Shown here: positions 49,257 to 57,389 of the stretch, one piece after another
Position numbering within the stretch: position 1 is the stretch's first letter
Layout: every line of letters starts with the position of its first letter
Assembly: GCA_030682405.1 (NCBI GenBank)
Contig: JAUXOF010000015.1
Location: 697-64,696 of the forward strand
Origin: Thermodesulfovibrionales bacterium
Lineage (GTDB): Bacteria; Nitrospirota; Thermodesulfovibrionia; Thermodesulfovibrionales; JdFR-86
Direction: 5' to 3'
DNA length: 64,000 bases
Notes under the pieces: model-generated
Told to the model about the DNA's origin: nothing
Database searches by the model: none
What the model saw: only the letters and a program-made list of their open reading frames with translations
Made by a program: the position numbers and the translations under genes

Positions 49257-49745
49257 ATGGCTAAGGAACCTAACGGCATTATCATGTGGGATGTCACAGA
49301 CATTGCAAATGCATTAAAAATAAGCGCCGCCGATGTGCGCGAATATTTTACCGACGGCAGGCGAATATCATTTATACTGGAAAGAAGAATTGCCCATGAA
49401 ATTTTAAAGGGCACCATTGCTTCTTCGGAGGGTTCCGATTTTGACGTAGTTGATTCGGAAGGCGGCAAGTGGGAAGTTCGGAGCATTTCAAAAGGTGGAA
49501 TATATTTCTGCCCCAGTTATATGGTCGGTTCAGGCCGCAAATTTGACAAGGGAGGTTTCAAAAGGAAGACATCAATAATTAAAGGCTATATTATAGCTGA
49601 CATTGAGAAATTTCCTGATGTGCCATTTTGGATTATTCCGACAGAACAAGTGCTGTCTTGGTGGGACGCAGGAAAGTTAGGAACTACTACCAAAATATCG
49701 CATAAGAAAGCATTATCTCTTATCAGCCGACTCGGAGAAAAATAA
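49257..49745 (+). CDS. Small PD-(D/E)xK protein, PvuII-like restriction endonuclease candidate
   Basis: DVVDSEGGKWEVRSIS aligns with the recalled PvuII catalytic segment DAVDNAGQEYELKSIN, with the same D-to-E spacing. DVPFWII matches QVPWIFA. The gene lies 19 nt after the MTase. Confidence 0.55.
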   Translation: MAKEPNGIIMWDVTDIANALKISAADVREYFTDGRRISFILERRIAHEILKGTIASSEGSDFDVVDSEGGKWEVRSISKGGIYFCPSYMVGSGRKFDKGGFKRKTSIIKGYIIADIEKFPDVPFWIIPTEQVLSWWDAGKLGTTTKISHKKALSLISRLGEK

Positions 49746-49761
49746 AGTCAAGGAGGGCATT

Positions 49762-50637
49762 ATGTTTCAGGGTTCAATGGTAGCGGTAGTGACGCCTTTT
49801 AAGGGAGGCAGGTTGGATGAAAAAGCCCTCTCAAAGCTCATAGAATGGCACATAAAGGAAGGCACGGATGCCATAATACCCTGCGGCACGACAGGCGAGT
49901 CTGCAACGCTCGATTACAAGGAGCACTACAGGGTTATAGAGGTCACGGTCAAGACCGTAGCGGGTAGGGTTCCGGTTATCGCAGGCACGGGCGCCAATTC
50001 CACGGCCGAGGCCATAGAGATTACGCAAAAGGCCCGGAAGTTAGGCGCGGACGGAGCGCTCCTTGTGTCCCCCTATTACAACAAGCCGACGCAAGAGGGG
50101 CTTTATCTTCACTATAAGGCAATTGCCGCCTCTCTAAAGGGATTCCCTCTTGTGCTCTATAACGTGCCCGGAAGGACTGCGGTGAACATGCTGCCCTCCA
50201 CAGTGGCGCGGCTTTCAGAGATTAAAAACATCGTAGGTCTTAAAGAGGCCACAGGGGATATGAAGCAGGCATCCGAGATATTAAGGCTCGTGGGGGATAG
50301 GATAAGCATTCTCTCAGGAGACGACTTCACAACATTTGCGCTTTATGCGCTCGGAGGGAAAGGCAGCATATCGGTGACTGCCAATGTTGCGCCACGGGAT
50401 ATGGCAGGGATGTGGGATGCGTGGGCAGCAGGGGATATAGAGAAGGCAAGGAAGCTCCACTATAAGATGGAGCCGCTTAATTCGGCCATGTTCATAGAGA
50501 CAAACCCCATCCCCGTAAAGACCGCGCTTTCGATGATGGGCAAAATCAAAGAGGAGTTCAGGCTTCCGCTCTGCAAGATGTCCGATGCCAACAGGGACAA
50601 GCTAAAAAATGCCCTGAAGGGCTACGGCCTGATATAA
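49762..50637 (+). CDS. dapA: 4-hydroxy-tetrahydrodipicolinate synthase
   Basis: Motifs GSMVAVVTPF, GTTGES and YNVPGRT. RBS aaggaggg. Confidence 0.95.
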   Translation: MFQGSMVAVVTPFKGGRLDEKALSKLIEWHIKEGTDAIIPCGTTGESATLDYKEHYRVIEVTVKTVAGRVPVIAGTGANSTAEAIEITQKARKLGADGALLVSPYYNKPTQEGLYLHYKAIAASLKGFPLVLYNVPGRTAVNMLPSTVARLSEIKNIVGLKEATGDMKQASEILRLVGDRISILSGDDFTTFALYALGGKGSISVTANVAPRDMAGMWDAWAAGDIEKARKLHYKMEPLNSAMFIETNPIPVKTALSMMGKIKEEFRLPLCKMSDANRDKLKNALKGYGLI

Positions 50638-50725
50638 AACACCGGAATCGCCGGACTCATCTCCGTCAAGGGCAGGGGAACCCTCAGGCAACAGCCCTTA
50701 AGCATAAGACCTGAGAATAGAAATA

Positions 50726-51202
50726 ATGGACGAGGCCAGATTATTCTTTGATACGTTCCTAAGCCCCATAGGCAGGCTCTATATCGTATTTGCCGGGAAG
50801 AAACTTGCCGGCATCTCGATGAAAAAACCTTCAGGGGTTAAGGCCGGCGCCGCCCCCGGCCCGTTCAAGGCGGAGTTGAGCGCATATTTTTCAGGAAGGC
50901 TCGGAAGGTTCAAGCAGGAGATAGCCCTCCTTGAAGGCACGGAGTTTGAAAGACAGGTGTGGCTCGGCATAAAGGGCGTGCCCTATGGCGAGATGAGGAC
51001 TTATAAGTGGCTCTCAGAGCAGATAGGCAGGCCCGGAGCGTACAGGGCGGTCGGTCAGGCCCTTTCAAAAAACCCAATTCCCATAGTCCTCCCCTGCCAC
51101 AGGATTATAGAGTCCGACGGGCACATAGGCGGATATTCAGGAGGCGGCGTGGAAATCAAAAGAAGGCTTCTTGATATGGAATATTACCACTCGATAAGAT
51201 GA
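50726..51202 (+). CDS. ogt: Methylated-DNA--protein-cysteine methyltransferase
   Basis: Active-site motif IPIVLPCHRII in a winged-helix C-terminal domain. Confidence 0.9.
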   Translation: MDEARLFFDTFLSPIGRLYIVFAGKKLAGISMKKPSGVKAGAAPGPFKAELSAYFSGRLGRFKQEIALLEGTEFERQVWLGIKGVPYGEMRTYKWLSEQIGRPGAYRAVGQALSKNPIPIVLPCHRIIESDGHIGGYSGGGVEIKRRLLDMEYYHSIR

Positions 51203-51265
51203 CTATTAAGCCACTCAAAAGTAATGTCCTATACCTTGTCATTCCGCTGTTATTCAGGGACAGGG

Positions 51266-51293
51266 TTGACGCAATTTTAAAGTGTGATAGAAT
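51266..51293 (+). promoter_or_regulatory. Sigma70-type promoter with extended -10
   Basis: TTGACG (51266-51271), a 16-nt spacer ending in TGa, then TAGAAT (51288-51293). The ATG at 51300 lies 7 nt after the -10. Confidence 0.6.
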
Positions 51294-51299
51294 AGGGGC

Positions 51300-51680
51300 A
51301 TGACGCCTCAATACCTGCTGTTCGGCCAGTTCCTTCTTAAAAAGGGGCTTATAACCTATGAGGACATCTTCCACGCAAGGATGATGCAGAAGAAGCAGAA
51401 CCTCAGGATAGGCGAAATCGCAATGAAAAGGGGATGGCTTACTGAGGAGGATGTAGGCATGGTTCTTACGATTCAGGAGGACTCGGACGGCAGGTTCGGC
51501 GAGGTATCGGTAAGGAAAAAATACCTGAGCACGGCTCAGGTAGAGGAGGCTCTTAAAGAACAGGAGGACTCCCACCTTTACTTCGGACATGCCCTTGTAA
51601 GGCTCGGGGCCATCTCAAAAGAGACCCTTAAGGAAAACCTCATGGAGTTTAAGAGGCTCAGGAACAATTGCCCTGTTTAA
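51300..51680 (+). CDS. Small protein built from four MshEN/T2SSE_N-type 24-residue motifs
   Basis: Motifs span aa 7-30, 36-59, 65-88 and 94-117, each fitting (R)xGxxhhxxGhhxxxxhxxxhxxQ, and are separated by exactly 5 residues. Confidence 0.6.
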   Translation: MTPQYLLFGQFLLKKGLITYEDIFHARMMQKKQNLRIGEIAMKRGWLTEEDVGMVLTIQEDSDGRFGEVSVRKKYLSTAQVEEALKEQEDSHLYFGHALVRLGAISKETLKENLMEFKRLRNNCPV

Positions 51681-51707
51681 AGAAAAAGGCCCTCTTCCGA
51701 GGGCCTT
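51681..51707 (-). terminator. Rho-independent terminator after rnfB (also abuts the convergent 51300 gene)
   Basis: aaggccctc-ttcc-gagggcctt forms a 9-bp stem at 51686-51707. On the minus strand it is followed by TTTTTCTTT. Confidence 0.8.
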
Positions 51708-51745
51708 AAAAGAACTTCTCTAAGTGAATACCTTTTGAATACCTT

Positions 51746-52915
51746 TTACGCGGCAGCCGTCTTTGCCGCCTTCTTGGCCGATGCCGCGGCGAAGACCTCC
51801 TGAGCGTTGAACGTGCCGTCTATTGACTGAACAGGGCATTTGGCAGTGCAAATGCCGCACCCTATGCACCTGTCCTTATCTATGGTGTGCATCTTCTTAA
51901 GCTCTCCCGAAGGCGCATCACGAGGGCAGACCTTCTTACATATCTGGCAGCCGATGCAGTTGTCAAGCACAAAGGCCTTGGGCCTGTGCGGTATGTAATC
52001 CAGTATGGCGTTGGTCGGGCACTTCGTCACGCAGAGGCCGCAAACCCTGCATTTGTCAAGGTCTATCCTTGCGAGGCTGTTTTCCATTGAGGGCGCATCA
52101 AACGGGCAGACCTTCACGCATGCCCCGCACCCTATGCAGCCCACCTTGCAGTTTTTTCTCGTATCCCCGCCCTTGTCCTTTGAGTGGCAGGAGATGAGCA
52201 CCGCCTTGCCTCCGGGAAGAACCTCTATCACCTTCTTGGGGCATGCCTGCTCGCATTTCCTGCAGCCGGTGCACTTGACTATGTTCACAACAGGCAGGTG
52301 GTTTTCGTTCATGCAGAGGGCGTCAAACGGGCAGGCCCTTACGCATGTGCCGTAACCGAGGCAGCCGTATATGCAGGACTTATCTCCTCCGCCCGCAAGC
52401 ATTGCGGCCCGGCAGTCCGCTATGCCCTCGTACTTAAAGCGCTTGGTTGACTTCTGCCGGTCGCCCTGACACATAATCCTTGAAAATATCGGCGCCATTG
52501 CGCCTGCAACCTTCCCTGTAATCCTTGCCACCGCCTCTGCCACGCGGCTCCCTCCGGGGGTGCAGAGGTTCGGCGAGACGTCAGGGTTCTGCACCACGGC
52601 CTCGGCGTACTGCTGGCAGCCGGCGTATCCGCACGCGCCGCAATTGGCGCCTGCAAGCGCGTCTTTTGCCTGCTCTATCCGCGGGTCCATCTTCACGCTG
52701 AACTTCTTTGACGCAAAGGCAAGTCCTATGCCGAAGACCGCTCCCAGACCGGCAACGAATATCAGGGTAAACCGGATAAGGGGCACGATGTCCACGCTCT
52801 CCTTGGCCTCTATGCCCCCGCCCACCCCTACCTCAGGCAGGGGTATGCCTTGAAACACATTCGTAAAATCTATCTGCTGAAGCAGCTCGGCTATCGTCCT
52901 TAGAATCTCTGACAT
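51746..52915 (-). CDS. rnfB: Rnf complex subunit B, long polyferredoxin form
   Basis: N-terminal TM segment and a CGACGYAGC cluster, followed by multiple CxxCxxCxxxCP ferredoxin motifs. Confidence 0.9.
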   Translation of the reverse strand: MSEILRTIAELLQQIDFTNVFQGIPLPEVGVGGGIEAKESVDIVPLIRFTLIFVAGLGAVFGIGLAFASKKFSVKMDPRIEQAKDALAGANCGACGYAGCQQYAEAVVQNPDVSPNLCTPGGSRVAEAVARITGKVAGAMAPIFSRIMCQGDRQKSTKRFKYEGIADCRAAMLAGGGDKSCIYGCLGYGTCVRACPFDALCMNENHLPVVNIVKCTGCRKCEQACPKKVIEVLPGGKAVLISCHSKDKGGDTRKNCKVGCIGCGACVKVCPFDAPSMENSLARIDLDKCRVCGLCVTKCPTNAILDYIPHRPKAFVLDNCIGCQICKKVCPRDAPSGELKKMHTIDKDRCIGCGICTAKCPVQSIDGTFNAQEVFAAASAKKAAKTAAA

Positions 52916-52948
52916 CTTTCCGCTCCTTTAGCGTTATATATTAAAAAA

Positions 52949-53539
52949 TTAAAGGGTTATCAACCCTGAAAAGCCGGTAAACGCAAGGGCTATAAGCCCG
53001 GTCGTCACAAACGCCAAGGGAAGCCCCTGAAAAGGCCGCGGCACCTGTGCAAGCTCAAGCTTCTCGCGGATGCTCGCCATTATGACAAGGGCAAGCCCGA
53101 AGCCGAGGCCCGAGCCGAGGCCGAATACAAGGCTCTTTATCAGGCTGTAGCCCTCTGCCGCGTTTATCAGCGGCACCGCAAGGATTATGCAGTTGGTGGC
53201 TATCAGGGCGAGATAGACGCCTAACTTGTAGTAAAGCCCCGGGCTTATCTTCCTCATTATTATGTCCGCGGACTGCACGAACGCCGCCACGATGCCTATG
53301 AAGACGACTATTTTAAGGAAGGTTATGTCAAGGGGAATCATTGCATAGGTGTAAATGAGCCATGAAAGCGCCGAGCTGATTATCATGACCGCGGTAAAGG
53401 TTATGGTCATCCCCACTGCCGTCTCCACCTTTTTAGAGACGCCGAAGAATATGCAAAGCCCCAGAAACCTCGTGAACACGAAGTTGTTTATAAGGGATGC
53501 GGCTACAAACAGCTCAATAAGACTTCCGAAATCACTCAT
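52949..53539 (-). CDS. rnfA: Rnf complex subunit A
   Basis: Motifs NNFVFTRFLGLCIFFGVSKK and LIATNCIIL parallel my recollection of E. coli RnfA. Confidence 0.93.
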   Translation of the reverse strand: MSDFGSLIELFVAASLINNFVFTRFLGLCIFFGVSKKVETAVGMTITFTAVMIISSALSWLIYTYAMIPLDITFLKIVVFIGIVAAFVQSADIIMRKISPGLYYKLGVYLALIATNCIILAVPLINAAEGYSLIKSLVFGLGSGLGFGLALVIMASIREKLELAQVPRPFQGLPLAFVTTGLIALAFTGFSGLITL

Positions 53540-53573
53540 TTATACCTCCCGCCGAAACCGGCTCATTATAAGA

Positions 53574-54215
53574 TTAATGCCCGCTTGCGCCGCCTGCGCC
53601 CTTGCCTCCGTAGAACCTTATGTCTATCCAGTTGAAAAACCCCATCAGTATGCCCACGGCAAAAAAGCCGCCGGTAGGCAGGAGCATTATAAGAAGGGGC
53701 TTTGAGCCGCCTGCTATCTCAAACCCCCAAAGCGAGCCCCTTCCGAGGAGTTCCCTGAAAAAACTGATTACGACAAGGGCCACCATGAAGCCGAGGCCCG
53801 AGCCGAGGCCGTTGAAGAACGACGGCACCACCTTGTTCTTGCTCGCAAACATTTCGGCCATTACAAGGATGGAGGCGAATGCAACGATGAGCTGGATATA
53901 AAGCCCCATCTGCCTGTAAACGTCCCTCGCATATGCAGCCATCACCATGTCCGTAACGGAAACCCAACCGGATATTATGAGCATGAACACGGGTATCCTT
54001 ACAAGAGGGTTCAGGAAGTTCTTTATGCTTGAGACCGTAACATTGACCATCACCTGCACGAACATCACGGCCAGCCCCATGTACACGCCGTTTTTGAGGC
54101 CGTTTGTAACCGCTATCGCAGGGCAGAGGCTTATGGCAAGCCTGAAGATGGTGTTTTCTTTAAAAAGCCCGTCTTTTATGAGCTGCCAGTTGCTGTATTG
54201 ATGCTCGTGGCTCAT
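53574..54215 (-). CDS. rnfE: Rnf complex subunit E
   Basis: The SLCPAIAVT motif and overall RnfE/NqrD pattern are present. The second conserved Cys position reads AFA (see findings). Confidence 0.88.
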   Translation of the reverse strand: MSHEHQYSNWQLIKDGLFKENTIFRLAISLCPAIAVTNGLKNGVYMGLAVMFVQVMVNVTVSSIKNFLNPLVRIPVFMLIISGWVSVTDMVMAAYARDVYRQMGLYIQLIVAFASILVMAEMFASKNKVVPSFFNGLGSGLGFMVALVVISFFRELLGRGSLWGFEIAGGSKPLLIMLLPTGGFFAVGILMGFFNWIDIRFYGGKGAGGASGH

Positions 54216-54814
54216 TTCCCAGCCTCCTTTTCCTGATGGGCGGCAGGCTCTGTCCCGCCGCCGCCGTATGTGTCTTTGATGAACGCCAGACCGTCCTTAA
54301 CCCCTTGCGTCACGGCGCGGCTTGATATTGTGGCGCCGCTTATCGCCTGAATCATGTCCGTCGTCTCGGTCTTAAGCACCAACAGGTGGTCAATGTCCTT
54401 GCCGTCATACTGGTTTACGAAGTAATCCTTCTCTATCTCGTCGCCGAGGCCCGGGGTCTCGGCATGCCCTAAAACCTTTATCTTCTTTACATGGAACTCC
54501 TTGTCCGACGCAACGAGGATATGTATATAGCTTGAATAACCCTTGCCGTAAGTCTCGGCCACGTAGCCTATGACATCGTCGCCGGTTTTAGCCTCGTAGT
54601 AGGCGGCGTGCTTGTGCAGGGGCTCCCACTTGCCGGCCTCGGCGATGGAGCCGGCCTCGGGCATCAGCTTTTTAAGGGCCTCCTCGGTCTCTTGCTTTAT
54701 CTTTTTGAATATCACAGGGGAGGTATTGGCATAAACAAAGGCAAGCAAAAGCCCGCCAGCCAGATATATGACAACGAGATTAATAGCCACCTTTATCATA
54801 TCCTTTGCAGTCAT
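54212..54814 (-). CDS. rnfG: Rnf complex subunit G (FMN-binding)
   Basis: N-terminal TM anchor and the FMN attachment motif SGATISSRAV. Confidence 0.9.
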   Translation of the reverse strand: MTAKDMIKVAINLVVIYLAGGLLLAFVYANTSPVIFKKIKQETEEALKKLMPEAGSIAEAGKWEPLHKHAAYYEAKTGDDVIGYVAETYGKGYSSYIHILVASDKEFHVKKIKVLGHAETPGLGDEIEKDYFVNQYDGKDIDHLLVLKTETTDMIQAISGATISSRAVTQGVKDGLAFIKDTYGGGGTEPAAHQEKEAGK

Positions 54815-55839
54815 TTACCCTTCTCCTTTTTCTTGCCGAATAATTTTGTCTTAAGGTTGCGGTCTATAATCGGGGTAAAGCAGTTCATAAGGAGTATGGC
54901 GAACATGACGCCCTCGGGATAGCCTCCCTTAAGTCTTATGAGCATAGTTATGAGACCGCATCCGACCCCAAAGAGTATCTGCCCTGCCCTGACCGAAGGC
55001 ACGGTCACATAGTCCGTGGCCATGAAGAAGGCCCCGAGTATCAGTCCGCCGCTCAGAAGGTGCAGTATCGGGTCTCCGGCAAAGAGCAGGAATTTCCCGG
55101 TCTCAGGGGTCTTGCCGCCAAAGACCCACGCCACTACGGCCACGGTGCCGAGGAAGGTGAGGGGTATGTGCCATGTTATATACCTTTTATACAGAAGGAA
55201 GGCCGCGCCTATAAGGAGCGCTATTGCCGAGGTCTCCCCAAGGCTCCCTGCCCTATGGCCTAAGAAAAGCTCTGTGTAGAGGCTCGCCTTTGAGCCGAAG
55301 ACCTCAAGGAGCTTATGAAGACCCTCTTCTTTAAGAAGCCCCAGCGGGGTGGCCGTGGTCTTTGCATCAAGGCCCACGAACGCCGCAGTAGGCTCCATCC
55401 ACGTGGTCATGGCGCGGGGCCATGTGATGAGCACAAACGCCCTTCCTATGAGGGCCGGGTTGAACACATTGAAGCCGAGGCCGCCGAAAAGCTGTTTGGT
55501 AACCGCAATAGCCACGAGAGAGCCGATAATCGGGATGTAAAACGGCGCAGTGGCAGGCAGGTTCATGCCGAGAAGCAGGCCCGTAAGTACAGCGCTTCCG
55601 TCGCCTATGGCGCTCCGCCTCCCGGTCATCTTCTGCACGCCCCATTCGGACATTACCGCGCTGATTATAGAGATGGCCGTAACATAGGCCGCCTTTGGGC
55701 CGAAGAAGTATATCCCTGCTATCAGGGCGGGCAGAAGCGAGATGTTGACGGTCCACATTATCCTTGAGACCGACTCCTCGCTCCTTACGTGAGGGCTTAC
55801 GGATACTATGAGTTCGTGTTCCTTTTTTACAGCCTCCAT
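54811..55839 (-). CDS. rnfD: Rnf complex subunit D
   Basis: 342 aa, polytopic. FFMATDYVT motif, as in NqrB/RnfD. Confidence 0.93.
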   Translation of the reverse strand: MEAVKKEHELIVSVSPHVRSEESVSRIMWTVNISLLPALIAGIYFFGPKAAYVTAISIISAVMSEWGVQKMTGRRSAIGDGSAVLTGLLLGMNLPATAPFYIPIIGSLVAIAVTKQLFGGLGFNVFNPALIGRAFVLITWPRAMTTWMEPTAAFVGLDAKTTATPLGLLKEEGLHKLLEVFGSKASLYTELFLGHRAGSLGETSAIALLIGAAFLLYKRYITWHIPLTFLGTVAVVAWVFGGKTPETGKFLLFAGDPILHLLSGGLILGAFFMATDYVTVPSVRAGQILFGVGCGLITMLIRLKGGYPEGVMFAILLMNCFTPIIDRNLKTKLFGKKKEKGK

Positions 55840-55849
55840 TGTCTGCTCC

Positions 55850-57157
55850 TTATGGCTTTGTCATTGATTTGGCCAGTCTTATGAACTGCACTATCGGCCG
55901 CTTGGACGGACAGACGTACGCGCAACTTCCGCACTCAAAGCAGTCCCAGAGGTTGTACTCCTTGCACTCCTCGTAATGGCCGACCTCCGAGAGTACGCTC
56001 AGCATAGAGGGCATAAGCCCCATCGGGCATATGTCTATGCACCTTCCGCACCTTATGCAAGGCTCGTAGTCCTCGGCATGCACCACCTCGGACTCCGACA
56101 TTACGAGTATCCCGGATGTGCCCTTTGTGACCGGGACGTCAAGCGAGTAAATCGCAAAACCCATCATTGGGCCGCCTGAGACGACCTTTGAGCTTCCGTT
56201 TTTAAACCCGCCGCACTCATCTATCAGATGGGACACGAGGGTCCCTATCTTGACCATCAGGTTCTTGGGCTCCTTAATGCCCTCTCCCGTGACGCTCACA
56301 ACCCTCTCTATGAGCGGCCTTCCGTACCTGCATGCCTCATAGACCGCAAGGGCTGTGCCCACGTTCTGAACCAGAACGCCGACATCCATGGGAAGCCCCC
56401 TCGGAGGAACCTCCCTGCCTGTAAGGGCCTTAATGAGCATCTTCTCTGCGCCCTGCGGGTACTTGACCTCAAGGGCAAAGACCTCTATGCCGCTTGCGCC
56501 CTTTGCCGCCTCCTTCATCTTGGCAACGGCATCGGGCTTGTTGTTCTCTATTCCGATAAACCCCCTGCTTACGCCGAGGGACTTCATGAGGAGCTTCAGC
56601 CCCTCTATAATCTCGTCCGGCCTCTCAAGCATCATCCTATAATCCGAGGTGAGATAGGGCTCGCACTCCGCCCCGTTTAATATGACGGTGTTTATGGGCT
56701 TTTCCTTCGGCGGGGAGAGCTTGACGGACGTAGGAAACGCAGCCCCTCCCATGCCTACTATGCCTGCGGCCTTTACCTTCTCTTTAATGGCCTCGGGGCT
56801 GAGGCTCATGTAGTCAGGGTCTTCCTTTAGTTCGGCCCATGTCTCCTGCCTGTTGTTTTCTATGACAACGCAGGTTGTCATCCTACCGATGGCAAGGGGG
56901 AAATCCCCGATGCCAACCACCTTGCCTGAGACGGACGAGTGCACGGCAGCCGAGACAAAGCCCTCCTGAGCGCCTATTACCTGTCCCTTTTTGACCTCAT
57001 CCCCGATTGAAACCGCAGCCTTTGCCGGCGCCCCGGTGTGCTGGCTTAGGGGGATGACGACTCTATCGGGCGGCGCGGCAGGGGTGATTTTACTTCCTGC
57101 TGAAAGCTCTTTTCTATCCGGCGGATGTATGCCGCCCTTAAATGTAGCAAGGCTCAT
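55850..57157 (-). CDS. rnfC: Rnf complex subunit C
   Basis: 435 aa. GMGGAAFPT nucleotide-binding motif and two 4Fe-4S motifs (CIRCGRCIDICP and CFECGSCAYVCP). Confidence 0.95.
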   Translation of the reverse strand: MSLATFKGGIHPPDRKELSAGSKITPAAPPDRVVIPLSQHTGAPAKAAVSIGDEVKKGQVIGAQEGFVSAAVHSSVSGKVVGIGDFPLAIGRMTTCVVIENNRQETWAELKEDPDYMSLSPEAIKEKVKAAGIVGMGGAAFPTSVKLSPPKEKPINTVILNGAECEPYLTSDYRMMLERPDEIIEGLKLLMKSLGVSRGFIGIENNKPDAVAKMKEAAKGASGIEVFALEVKYPQGAEKMLIKALTGREVPPRGLPMDVGVLVQNVGTALAVYEACRYGRPLIERVVSVTGEGIKEPKNLMVKIGTLVSHLIDECGGFKNGSSKVVSGGPMMGFAIYSLDVPVTKGTSGILVMSESEVVHAEDYEPCIRCGRCIDICPMGLMPSMLSVLSEVGHYEECKEYNLWDCFECGSCAYVCPSKRPIVQFIRLAKSMTKP

Positions 57158-57342
57158 TATATATACCCCCGAAAATTAGTAGGGAAAAAGGCCACAGAAT
57201 AATAACAAAGTGGCTGCTTTAGTGTCAACTGCCTGTTAGTCCCCTGTCAAGCCAAAATAGAAATGTCCTATCATCAAGGATGGAATTATAGCCCCGATTA
57301 GGACATTATCATTTTGGCGGGACAATCGCGCTTGAGCCGGAC

Positions 57343-57375
57343 AAAAAAAAAAGGGGCGACATGCGCCCCCTTTTT
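57343..57375 (-). terminator. Rho-independent terminator after atpC, bidirectional in form
   Basis: A10, then ggggcg-acatg-cgcccc, then cT5. On the minus strand the stem is followed by a T10 run. Confidence 0.85.
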
Positions 57376-57389
57376 GCATTCGGGAAAAT

